DNA from: an uncultured Muribaculaceae bacterium
GTDB lineage: Bacteria; Bacteroidota; Bacteroidia; Bacteroidales; Muribaculaceae
NCBI GenBank assembly: GCA_944321905.1
Contig: CALUNI010000001.1
Coordinates: 9,940 to 73,939, forward strand
Direction of reading: 5' to 3'
Length of the DNA stretch: 64,000 bases
The notes under the pieces were generated by a model that was given only the letters and a program-made list of their open reading frames with translations, did no database searches and was not told the origin of the DNA. A program made the translations under genes and the position numbers. This document shows positions 45,955 to 55,120 of the stretch, piece after piece. Every line of letters begins with the position of its first letter. The first letter of the stretch is position 1.

Positions 45955-48162
45955 TTAATCCCGCTGCATACCTTGCGTCTTGGCATACCTGCTTATAAGC
46001 TCCTGCCGTTTCTCCATCGGCCACTGCTCTATCACGTCGATATCCCACTCGCCAAACGCGTCCTTGAAACGGTGCATAGGCTCAAGTATCGAAGCCTGGT
46101 TCCACGGCAACTGCTGCCTGACGCTATGCCCGCGGTTAGACTGCGGATTAAAGCACTCGGTGAGCAATCCACGGTAACGGTAGCCCAACTTCCCGTCAAG
46201 GTCCATTATGGTAAGCGTGTTGTTTTGTATCAACCTGGCCACCTGCAACAGATGCTTGTCGCCAGTAATCAAATACAGCCTGTAATATTGGAACGACGAG
46301 AACGCCATGCCGTTGTCTATGCCCGAGTGGCCTGTTGCAATCAACGTCTGTCCCACTATATCGGCGTTCTTCGGGAAATCAGTAAGGTAGTCGCCCTGCA
46401 ACATAGGCACGCGATATGCAAACATGAAAGTTTCGGTATAGCGTGCCGCCTGCAAAGCAGCTTCTATCCACTTCTCATCGCCGGTCATGTCATACAAGGC
46501 AAGAAACGCATACATTGCCATCTGTCCCGATTCGCGATCCTTCACATTAGGGTTGTCTATCACTCCGCCCACATACAGATAGTCATGATGAATCACGCCA
46601 TAGCTATATTCGCCTGCCTTCAGTGCCACGTCGCGATACTTATTGTCGCCGGTGGCTGCATACAGCTCCACAAGGAAACGTATGACATTTGTGGTCGTAT
46701 ATTTGCTGTCGTGGGTTGGCTTTCCTGTTTTCCAGTCGTAGCGCAGATAGAAACTGCCATCGGCCTCTTGGTTGGCGGCAAGCCAGTCGGCATAACGCTT
46801 GCAATAATTCAGCCATTCGGGGCGTTCGCGGCCATACTTCTTCATTATGCTCCACGCACCCATCATTCCTTCCATGCCACCGGCAGTGACTCGCATGAAA
46901 GTGTCGTAGTCGCGCCATGTGACTTCACGGTCAACATATGCGTCGGCCCACGTGCGCACAAGACCGTTGTCACATTGCGAATTTTTCACCCAGAAGTCTA
47001 TCACCTCGCACACATCAGCCACATAATCGTCATTGCCGGTTTCAAGCCCGTTACGGAGCAGGAAGTAGGCATTAGATATCTGGAATCCTATGAATCCCAT
47101 TTGATAATTGTAGGCTCGTGCAATGCCATTAGGCAGATATATCGAGAATGGCCAACCGGGCGCACCATTCAAGTTAAGCAGATAGGCATTCAGCACCTCG
47201 ATGCTCGCATCGTATGCGTCATGCACGTCCACATTGTGTATTGTCGGATTGTATCGATCCCACGCCTGCTTCCACACAGTCTCTACCAATTTGGGATAAT
47301 CGTCAACTTTGTTAAAGCCAAAACTCAATTTATAATTGTGCTTGACAGTCTCTTTAACGGGGTGACTACGGTAGGAGAAACCTTTCCTTGCGTTATTGGG
47401 GAATCGCCCGGTGTAAGTCTTTTCCCCTTCTATGCCGGGAAAAGCAAATACGATAGAATGGACTCCCGTCTCGGCAAATCCGAGGCTGCCAAATTGCATA
47501 CGCTCATCGACTATTCGATTCACTCCATCCTCGCCATAAAACGATTCGGGAACGGCATCGACATGAACCATGTCTATGGCCATGCCACCGTTTCTGCTCA
47601 TTGCCGACACCACTGGAAGCGGCAAGCGGTCTTCTCTGAAATAAAAATAATTATCAGTATAATCGCCTGCAAGGAATCCGGGATGAAGACTTGTGTTATC
47701 TCTATACCAAATTCCGGGAACAAAGAACTCAAAATCAGACACCCCAACCTTGCGGTCTAAAGTAAAACCAAAATATGAATTGAAATAATCATCACCAGGA
47801 GCGGCATAGGCCACATTTATTTCCCTTGTGACACTAAAATGACCCGGCAATTCGGTTGCATAAGTATCTACGACATTAAATAGCGACCCGTTCCGCGACT
47901 TCGCCACACCACGGCACTCTATACCGCCGCTTGCAGTCGATTTCACCGAGTCGTAACTGCCACACAGCGTCTCGCCATTCACCTCAAGAGTTATGGGCGA
48001 CGGAGCGTTGAGACTTTCATAACGGTCATTGCCACATGCCATGACAACGCTTTTCCCATCGGTCGATATTGCAAGCTTGGCATCGCCGCTTTCCAACAGG
48101 AACTCGGCGTGTGCTTGGACAAAAGACCACAGCGCAAATATGGCTAATACTACTTTTTTCAT
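45955..48162 (-). CDS. secreted protein of unassigned family, putative (alpha/alpha)6-barrel carbohydrate-active enzyme (paralog of 55121..57628)
   Basis: 735 aa with a signal peptide (FALWSFVQAHA). It is homologous along its full length to 55121..57628. Shared blocks are FYFREDRLPLPVV, DGSFYLRY, KYTTT, FLVELYAATGD, VIDNP, ESGQ, LYDMTGDEKW, ATGHS, YYRLYLITGD and HRFKDAFG. Confidence 0.55.
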   Translation of the reverse strand: MKKVVLAIFALWSFVQAHAEFLLESGDAKLAISTDGKSVVMACGNDRYESLNAPSPITLEVNGETLCGSYDSVKSTASGGIECRGVAKSRNGSLFNVVDTYATELPGHFSVTREINVAYAAPGDDYFNSYFGFTLDRKVGVSDFEFFVPGIWYRDNTSLHPGFLAGDYTDNYFYFREDRLPLPVVSAMSRNGGMAIDMVHVDAVPESFYGEDGVNRIVDERMQFGSLGFAETGVHSIVFAFPGIEGEKTYTGRFPNNARKGFSYRSHPVKETVKHNYKLSFGFNKVDDYPKLVETVWKQAWDRYNPTIHNVDVHDAYDASIEVLNAYLLNLNGAPGWPFSIYLPNGIARAYNYQMGFIGFQISNAYFLLRNGLETGNDDYVADVCEVIDFWVKNSQCDNGLVRTWADAYVDREVTWRDYDTFMRVTAGGMEGMMGAWSIMKKYGRERPEWLNYCKRYADWLAANQEADGSFYLRYDWKTGKPTHDSKYTTTNVIRFLVELYAATGDNKYRDVALKAGEYSYGVIHHDYLYVGGVIDNPNVKDRESGQMAMYAFLALYDMTGDEKWIEAALQAARYTETFMFAYRVPMLQGDYLTDFPKNADIVGQTLIATGHSGIDNGMAFSSFQYYRLYLITGDKHLLQVARLIQNNTLTIMDLDGKLGYRYRGLLTECFNPQSNRGHSVRQQLPWNQASILEPMHRFKDAFGEWDIDVIEQWPMEKRQELISRYAKTQGMQRD

Positions 48163-48174
48163 AACTCTTAATTA

Positions 48175-48201
48175 ACATGTGCCGGCTTAACCGGCACATG
48201 T
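48175..48201 (-). other. intra-operon RNA hairpin between the DUF3823-like gene and the downstream enzyme genes
   Basis: ACATGTGCCGG-CTTAA-CCGGCACATGT forms a perfect 11-bp stem with a 5-nt loop in the 69-nt gap between the stop at 48232 and the start at 48162. Confidence 0.45.
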
Positions 48202-48231
48202 CACTGATTTAAAAATTAAACTTCTTATGGC

Positions 48232-49014
48232 TTATTCGGGTAATTCGGGCAAATTGGTTACCGGCAGATTCTCTATTTTCTTAATGTCGGAGAACAAGAA
48301 ATAATTGGGAATGCCATCGAGCTCCACCGCAACGCGAACGTAGGCATAAGTGCGGAAATTGTTTATATAATATTGCTTGTCGCGATAGTAAGCCAATGGT
48401 ATCGATGCTCGCATCGCCGTAGATGTCGGATCGCTTACATTGCTGCTTCGCATACAGGATATGCCAGAATCCACGATTGAACTCGTGCTGACGTAAATCT
48501 TGGTAGATGCGATGTCGGGCGCATCCTCCTTCAACTTCGTCACGTTGAAAGTTGCCTCGATGTTACGCTCGTTTTCCGACAAATTTACTTGGAAATCAGA
48601 AATTTCGTAATAAGGTTCTACGACAAAATCCTTCTGCACGTTCCCGGTTATGTCATAAGCGATGCGTTCATACCCCGTGTTATCTTCCATCCTCGGGAAA
48701 TCGGGCATGTCGAAAGGCAATGCTTGATTAATAAGCGTAAGTTCATAATGGTTGCCAGTAAACAACAATTGTCTGAAAGAGCCATTGTTGTCAACAACCA
48801 TGTTTATGCCTACGTCGTCTTTTCCAAATCCGCTCTGATAAAGTACGAACAATTGGCGGTTGTTGTCATACAAGAACGGTTCTCCATCGGCAGTCACAAG
48901 CCGACCGCTGAACTCGGCCGACGGAGCATCGTAATTGTCGTATTCGCACGACGACAGCGAGGCTCCGGCCAATGCCAACGCTAATGCAAAATATTTGATT
49001 TTCATCTGATTCAT
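48232..49014 (-). CDS. DUF3823-like lipoprotein (PUL accessory, follows SusD)
   Basis: 260 aa with a lipoprotein signal (GASLSSCEYDNYDAPSAEFSGRL). This N-terminal pattern, and a position directly after SusD, are typical of DUF3823 proteins as I recall them. Confidence 0.6.
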   Translation of the reverse strand: MNQMKIKYFALALALAGASLSSCEYDNYDAPSAEFSGRLVTADGEPFLYDNNRQLFVLYQSGFGKDDVGINMVVDNNGSFRQLLFTGNHYELTLINQALPFDMPDFPRMEDNTGYERIAYDITGNVQKDFVVEPYYEISDFQVNLSENERNIEATFNVTKLKEDAPDIASTKIYVSTSSIVDSGISCMRSSNVSDPTSTAMRASIPLAYYRDKQYYINNFRTYAYVRVAVELDGIPNYFLFSDIKKIENLPVTNLPELPE

Positions 49015-49022
49015 TTTTATGA

Positions 49023-50960
49023 TTAATAGTTCGGGTTCTTTTCGACATACGGGTTACCTTCATCGATAGGATAATGGTTGTAATACATCGTATTGTCGAA
49101 GGAGAGTGTGGCATTGTTTGTACGGTTGCCGGCTTTCATCTTGCGATAAATCCACTTGCCGTCATCCGCCCCACCCGGGTTGTAAATCTTGTAAGGCCAC
49201 AAAACATATATGGTGGCCGTCGGGCTGTCTATCTCGTAGTGCCAGAAGTCATCGGCGATGCGCCAACGCTTCATGTCATAGTAGCGATGGTCTTCAAAGG
49301 CCAATTCCACGCGACGCTCATTCATTATTCGGTCAAGGTCGAGTTCGCTTGCCGATATTTCAAAACTCGGGCCTCCTGCACGGTTGCGAATTTGATTGAT
49401 GTAAGTCAATGCCAAGTCGCGTGTGTTCTGCCCGTCGTAGCTTGCCACGCCAAGTTGAGACAGGTAATAAGCTGCCTCGGCGGCATTCAACAACACCTCG
49501 CCATAACGGAATACAGGGTAAGGAACCGTGCTGGCTCCGTTAGACTCGCTGCCCGAAGTAGAATCGACAAACTTGCGGAGCAAGAATCCCGTGCCACTGA
49601 TATACCAGTTGGTAGCACCGTCGTCGGTACGCAACGGGCCGTCGATGCCTGTCAGAATCTCGCCGTTGTGATTGGCTACGCCAACTTCGGCTATTGTGCG
49701 CGCCGCTTCAAAGGTATATCCACCATTTCCGTCCGGTATGGCAAGACCGGCTCGCAAGTCAACCTGCTCGTTTCGGAACGTAGAACCCGGCAAAATCACC
49801 GTTGCGGCAAGACGCGGGTCACGGCCTGCAAATATATCTCCGGCGTTGTCATACACGTTATAAGCTTGAGTGGATGAATAATCGTTGACCGATTCCACGA
49901 CTTCTTCTCCTTGATATGCATCGATGTCGGTATGCAAGTGTCCCGACACGAGTTCATAGTCGTTTACGAGATTCAGCACGGGATTAGCCTGCGAACCCGA
50001 CTTGTCAACTACAGCCTGCGAACGCGGAATGTGCCATTGCGTGAAGTAGTTCTCAACCTGTATTCCATCATATGCCTTGCAGAAAATCAATTCGGGATTG
50101 TCGGCAGGCGAAGCAGTAAACGCCTCATAGTAATTCTGCGAATAATCCACATTCTTGTTATAAAGCGTATAACCCAGGTCGGTTAAGGCTGCCACCGCGT
50201 CAAGGCATTTTTCAAGATAACCTTGCGCCCGGCTTGCCTCTATGCCGGTGGCTCCACTTGCCAGATTAAGGTTCTTGGCCGCGCTCTTGTCCCAGTTATA
50301 AGCCAACGTGCCGGCATAGAGCATTGCACGACACTTGAGTGCAAGAGCCGCCCCTTGCGTGATGCGAGTCTTTGACTGCGCGCCTTCGAGTCCGGGCAAG
50401 GCTGCATCCACCTCATCGGCTATGAAGTCATATATTTCACTCTCTTTATTACGAGGCTTGGCAAGCGTCAACGGGTCGTCGGGGTATTCGGTAACCTCGG
50501 TGATGAGCGGTACTCCGCCATTCTGCGTAACCATGCGGAAGTAAACAAACGCACGCATCACGCGAGCCTCAGAAATATAGTATTGCAGATTATCATCGTT
50601 TATCAAACCCGCAGAATAAGTCTCAAGGTTTTGCAGGTGCAGGTTCAACTCGCGGACAAGCGTATAGTCATAATAGGCACGATAGTCGTAATTCACGTTG
50701 TTTGAGAAAGCCCAATACTGGCTGTTGTCGGCCGACTCGTCCCAACGCGAAAGGTCATAACTAAGGTTGTCGGTAGCGAAATCCTGCCAGTACTTCATGC
50801 GCGAATAGAAGTTGGCGGCAAGACTGTTGATACCGGCATCGGTGGAATAAGTTTCCTGGTCGGTCATGCCTGACAAGTTCTCCTGTTCGAGCCAGTCTTC
50901 ACACGATGTCAACGAGGCCGAACAGAGCAAAATTGCAGCGATATATTTATTTAGTTTCAT
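49023..50960 (-). CDS. SusD/RagB-family nutrient-binding outer-membrane lipoprotein
   Basis: I chose the ATG at 50960 (MKLNKYIAAILLCSASLTSCEDW). It has TPR-like SusD blocks (RVMRAFVYFRMV, RAMLYAGTLAY, VELAFEDHRYYDMKRW) and lies directly downstream of the SusC-like gene. Confidence 0.9.
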   Translation of the reverse strand: MKLNKYIAAILLCSASLTSCEDWLEQENLSGMTDQETYSTDAGINSLAANFYSRMKYWQDFATDNLSYDLSRWDESADNSQYWAFSNNVNYDYRAYYDYTLVRELNLHLQNLETYSAGLINDDNLQYYISEARVMRAFVYFRMVTQNGGVPLITEVTEYPDDPLTLAKPRNKESEIYDFIADEVDAALPGLEGAQSKTRITQGAALALKCRAMLYAGTLAYNWDKSAAKNLNLASGATGIEASRAQGYLEKCLDAVAALTDLGYTLYNKNVDYSQNYYEAFTASPADNPELIFCKAYDGIQVENYFTQWHIPRSQAVVDKSGSQANPVLNLVNDYELVSGHLHTDIDAYQGEEVVESVNDYSSTQAYNVYDNAGDIFAGRDPRLAATVILPGSTFRNEQVDLRAGLAIPDGNGGYTFEAARTIAEVGVANHNGEILTGIDGPLRTDDGATNWYISGTGFLLRKFVDSTSGSESNGASTVPYPVFRYGEVLLNAAEAAYYLSQLGVASYDGQNTRDLALTYINQIRNRAGGPSFEISASELDLDRIMNERRVELAFEDHRYYDMKRWRIADDFWHYEIDSPTATIYVLWPYKIYNPGGADDGKWIYRKMKAGNRTNNATLSFDNTMYYNHYPIDEGNPYVEKNPNY

Positions 50961-50973
50961 TGCGCGTAGTTTA

Positions 50974-53900
50974 TTAATATGTAACATTTATACCAAACAG
51001 GCATGTCCTGTGTTGCGGATAGTCAAAACCGGTAACAGCCGATGTCTCGGGGTCAAAGCCATAGTCATGCAAGCTGTCGATACAGAAGAGGTTGGATCCC
51101 TCGAAGTAGAATCTTACCTTTTGGATAGATACCTTTTGCGTCCATGCCTTTGGCAATGTGTAGCCAACGACAAGGTTGCGCAGGCGCAGGTAGTTGACCT
51201 TCTTTGCATAGAAGTCGTTCCACCAACGTTGCGACGGGATATAGTCGCGCAATGCAGGGAAGTCGCCTTCTACCCACGGCGAAGTGGGATCCCACATATC
51301 TTCGTGATGCCATGTGTTCAAGTTGTTATACACATAACCCGTCTGGTCTGACGATACGCCCGACTTGGTGTGCCAGTCGCCAACAAACGTGTTCATGAAC
51401 CCGCCTGCGAAGTCGGCTGCGAAGTCGATGCCTTTCCAGTTAAAACCGAGGTTTATGCCCATGGTCATCAATGGCTGCTTGTTGGCATTAGATGCATCCC
51501 AGTCGTAGTCGGTGGCCGCATAACCGAGCGGACGCTCGTCATACTCGTTGATAATGCCGTCGTTGTTAACGTCGCGGAAAATCAAGTCACCCGGAACGAG
51601 AGTCGTGTTATTCTGTCCGTCTATGTCCACCGGGTAATTGTCGATTTGCTCCTGCGTCTTGAAAACGCCGATTGTCTCATACATCCACACGGCACCGTTG
51701 CGGACGTTAGACCAACGGTCGCTTGTCGCCCAACGGTATTGGTCCCAAGCGTTCAAGAACTTTTCCCCATACACCTTGCCTTGACGCTGGCGTGCAAGAG
51801 TGAAGTTGACCCCGACACTGTATTCAAAGTCGCGAACACGGTCGTTCCACTGAATCGATGCATCGAAACCGCGAACTTCGTCTGAATTGAGGTTCTCCCT
51901 CAATATCGAGATGCCCGATTCCTGCGGGAACATGATATCGTCGCGAGTGGCCGGTATGCCGTCACGCTTGCGGCGGAAGAGGTCGAATTCAAAGCGCAAC
52001 CTTTCCTTCAAGAAGCCGAGATCGATACCGACGTTGGCTATCGACGAGGTCATCCAACTGAGGTTGGTCTGTGGTATGCCGTTATATTTCGTGCCAGTAA
52101 CGTAAGAATCGCCACCACCCGTAAACGGGTTGCCGGTAATGATGGCACCGCCTTGATTGTAGGTATAGCCCGGCATGTAAGCAAAGTCGGGATAAGAACT
52201 GTTATAGTTAATCGACATGTCGTCGCCCATCTCACCATAAGAACCACGCAACTTCAACGAACTCATCCACGACGAAATGTTGCCTTCCTTAAAGAAATCT
52301 TCCTCGCTGATGCGCCATGCAGCTGAAACCGACGGGAAGAAGCCCCAACGATTGTCGCTCGGGAAACGCCAAGAAGCATCATAACGTCCGGCAAAGTCAA
52401 CGATATAACGCTCTTTCCACGAATACCCTGCACGGAAGATGAAGCTTGCCGTAGAATAAGAACGTGCTATCTCCGACACCTGATTATTCTCGCTCGTACT
52501 GATGATAGGCACAAACTGGTTGTCAACCGGCGACTGCCACGTGTTGGTGCCACGACGGTTCTCCTTGTAGAACTCGAATCCGGCAACGGCGGTCACATGA
52601 TGGTCGCGTGCAAAAACATTGTCATAATTGAGAGTGAACTGGCCGGTCATCTCTTCATGATATTCACGATTTTTGCCGAGATAGGTATCGGTCTTTGTAT
52701 AAGCAAGATTATAAGTGTCGGTCACAGGGTCGTAGGTATATTCGTTCCACGACTTTTCATTGTTTTCCTCATTGTAGTCATAGTAGAAATACGACACGAG
52801 TGCCTTGGCAGTCAAGCCCTTCAACGGAGTAATCCACTCAAGGTTGGCCGTTGTCTGTATGGTACGAATGTCCTTTGTCGTCTTGCCGGCATTGTCTATC
52901 GTGTAAGCTGCCATATTATGAGCCGAGTCGTGAGTCGGATGCACATAGTTCAAATAATCGGGATTGTCGTTGGCATACGGACGCTGGGTCGGAATCAAGT
53001 TATAAATCGACTGGCGGATTTGGAAATAGTCGTCAGTACCCGGAAGTGCGGGGTTTTGGTTACGTTGTACCCTGCCCAATACTTGAAACCCGACTTTGAA
53101 CTTATCGGTTATGTTGTAGTTGAAATTACCCTGTATGTTGGTGCGGCGATAGGTATATTCGTCAAACACTGCATCCTGGCTGATGTGGCTTACCGAGATA
53201 TAGTAATCCGAACGCTCCGAACCGCCCTGTATGTTGGCATTGACATAATATTGAGGAGCATGGTTGTTGACAAATTCGTCATACCAGTCAAAACCACGAT
53301 AATCCTCGCCTGTGGTGGGATTCATATAAACTCCCGGTTCGTAATAACCTTGCTTCCACAATTGCAAGTCGGCCTGCGCTGCCGCGATTGCGTCAGCTCC
53401 CACAAGGTTACCCGAATTGACCGACTTCATATAGTTGGCATACTTCCACTGATATGCGTTAAGCAATTCAGGATACTTGGTCCACCCCGACCAACCGACG
53501 TTGGCATTCAAGTTGACCTGCGTCTTCTGTCCTCGCTTGCCGGTCTTGGTGGTGACAAGCACAACGCCGTTGGCCGCTTTCACGCCATAGATGGCTGCGG
53601 CACCGTCCTTAAGGATAGAAATGTTGGCAATGTCGTTAACGTCGAGGTTGTTGAACGCGTCGGCATCCTTCATGATACCGTCGATTACATACAACGGCTC
53701 ACCCATGCCACGCACTTGAATGGTGGCGGCGGTACCGGGGATACCCGACTTCTGACGGAACGTCAAGCCCGACACCTTGCCTACAAGAGCGTTTGCAACC
53801 GAGGTCGAGGCAGTGCGCGACAAGTCCTCGGAATTGATTGAACTCACAGCCGAAGCCACGGTGGCCTTCTTGGCAGTGGCGTAACCTATGGCCACAACTT

Positions 53901-54231
53901 CGTCAAGCACGGTGGAACTCACTTCCATGTTCACCTCTATGTTATCGCCACCTTTCACAGCTATGGTCTGTGCTTCGTATCCCACATATGTAAACTCGAC
54001 GGCAGAACTCGACTTTTTCAGCGTCAAATGGAAACGGCCATCGACATCGGTCATGACACCGTTTGTAGTATTCTGTTCTATGACGTTGACACCAATCATC
54101 GGTTGCCCCTCCTCGTCATATACCGTACCCCGCACCACTTGTGCAAAGGCCGATACCGACGACAACAAGAACGCAAGCAACAACAGGTGCAGCCTGCGCA
54201 TCTTGCCGTTAATGTGAATAATATCTTTCAT
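50974..54231 (-). CDS. SusC/RagA-family TonB-dependent transporter
   Basis: 1085 aa (an alternative ATG at 54201 gives MRRLHLLLLAF...). It has a CarboxypepD_reg-like N-domain (VRGTVYDEEGQPMIGVNV), a plug (GKVSGLTFRQKSGIPGTAATIQVRGMGEPLYVIDG) and a barrel ending FGINVTY. Confidence 0.9.
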   Translation of the reverse strand: MKDIIHINGKMRRLHLLLLAFLLSSVSAFAQVVRGTVYDEEGQPMIGVNVIEQNTTNGVMTDVDGRFHLTLKKSSSAVEFTYVGYEAQTIAVKGGDNIEVNMEVSSTVLDEVVAIGYATAKKATVASAVSSINSEDLSRTASTSVANALVGKVSGLTFRQKSGIPGTAATIQVRGMGEPLYVIDGIMKDADAFNNLDVNDIANISILKDGAAAIYGVKAANGVVLVTTKTGKRGQKTQVNLNANVGWSGWTKYPELLNAYQWKYANYMKSVNSGNLVGADAIAAAQADLQLWKQGYYEPGVYMNPTTGEDYRGFDWYDEFVNNHAPQYYVNANIQGGSERSDYYISVSHISQDAVFDEYTYRRTNIQGNFNYNITDKFKVGFQVLGRVQRNQNPALPGTDDYFQIRQSIYNLIPTQRPYANDNPDYLNYVHPTHDSAHNMAAYTIDNAGKTTKDIRTIQTTANLEWITPLKGLTAKALVSYFYYDYNEENNEKSWNEYTYDPVTDTYNLAYTKTDTYLGKNREYHEEMTGQFTLNYDNVFARDHHVTAVAGFEFYKENRRGTNTWQSPVDNQFVPIISTSENNQVSEIARSYSTASFIFRAGYSWKERYIVDFAGRYDASWRFPSDNRWGFFPSVSAAWRISEEDFFKEGNISSWMSSLKLRGSYGEMGDDMSINYNSSYPDFAYMPGYTYNQGGAIITGNPFTGGGDSYVTGTKYNGIPQTNLSWMTSSIANVGIDLGFLKERLRFEFDLFRRKRDGIPATRDDIMFPQESGISILRENLNSDEVRGFDASIQWNDRVRDFEYSVGVNFTLARQRQGKVYGEKFLNAWDQYRWATSDRWSNVRNGAVWMYETIGVFKTQEQIDNYPVDIDGQNNTTLVPGDLIFRDVNNDGIINEYDERPLGYAATDYDWDASNANKQPLMTMGINLGFNWKGIDFAADFAGGFMNTFVGDWHTKSGVSSDQTGYVYNNLNTWHHEDMWDPTSPWVEGDFPALRDYIPSQRWWNDFYAKKVNYLRLRNLVVGYTLPKAWTQKVSIQKVRFYFEGSNLFCIDSLHDYGFDPETSAVTGFDYPQHRTCLFGINVTY

Positions 54232-54249
54232 AAAAAAACGGTTTTAAAT

Positions 54250-55083
54250 TTATCGTACTATGACTTTGTGTGTCTCATTGGCAACCTTCACCATGTAAAC
54301 GCCTCCCGGCAATTCCACATTGAGATCACCCGTAACGCCTGCATTCTGATATACAGTCTGGCCTGTCAAGCTATACACGGCAACATCTTGCCCCTCGAGC
54401 CCGTAAACATTCACGCAGCCATTAATACCATTAACATAAGCCTTTGCTGTTTCAATATCTTCAACCGAAGACCCCTCCGGCAACTTGGTGTAAAGCTGCG
54501 ACTGCGGCACCACTTCGAGTGCAACCGATGCCTCGTCGATAAACCATCGCATACGCGCATGTGCGCCAAAGTCATCTTCGTAGTAACGAACAACAATCTT
54601 GTAGAACTTGCCGCCCTCAAGTTCACAATCGGCAGTCCATTCGGGACGGTCCCAATAGAAGTCGGTACTCCAAGCCTCGTTGTGGGCTATAGGATTCTCA
54701 AGGTCGTCCAAGTCAAACAAGTCGAAATAGAAGCCATTGTCCCAATAGGTAAAATCAAAGGTATAATAGCTATCGACCGGAGCAAGCACGTAACCGTTCC
54801 ACTCGATGCAATAAGGGAAATCCTCCTCGGTATCGTCAAACGGGTTGCCATTCCCCCACTCGAAGTCGATAACCGGGTCAACACGGTCAAACTGCCACGT
54901 GGCATGCGTACCTTGCGGACGCTTGCTCCAATATATTTCCGACTCGTCTTGGTCAAAATTGGTGGCACCTTTCCAGTAAGAACCCGTCAAGCCGTCGCCT
55001 TCGCCCGGAGTATAATCTTGAGCCTGCATTCCGGCAGTCGCGCCAACGAGCGCACAAGCTGCCAACAAATAAAACTTTTTCAT
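54250..55083 (-). CDS. PA14-domain protein with T9SS C-terminal sorting domain
   Basis: 277 aa with a signal peptide. It has PA14-like blocks (GDGLTGSYWKG, CIEWNGYVLAPVDSYYTFDF, KIVVRYYED). The C-terminal roughly 70 aa (VAVYSLTGQTVYQ...LPGGVYMVKVANETHKVIVR) match the Por_Secre_tail pattern. Confidence 0.7.
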   Translation of the reverse strand: MKKFYLLAACALVGATAGMQAQDYTPGEGDGLTGSYWKGATNFDQDESEIYWSKRPQGTHATWQFDRVDPVIDFEWGNGNPFDDTEEDFPYCIEWNGYVLAPVDSYYTFDFTYWDNGFYFDLFDLDDLENPIAHNEAWSTDFYWDRPEWTADCELEGGKFYKIVVRYYEDDFGAHARMRWFIDEASVALEVVPQSQLYTKLPEGSSVEDIETAKAYVNGINGCVNVYGLEGQDVAVYSLTGQTVYQNAGVTGDLNVELPGGVYMVKVANETHKVIVR

Positions 55084-55120
55084 ATCAGTAAAAAATTTTA
55101 GGTTGTTAATTGGTTATATG

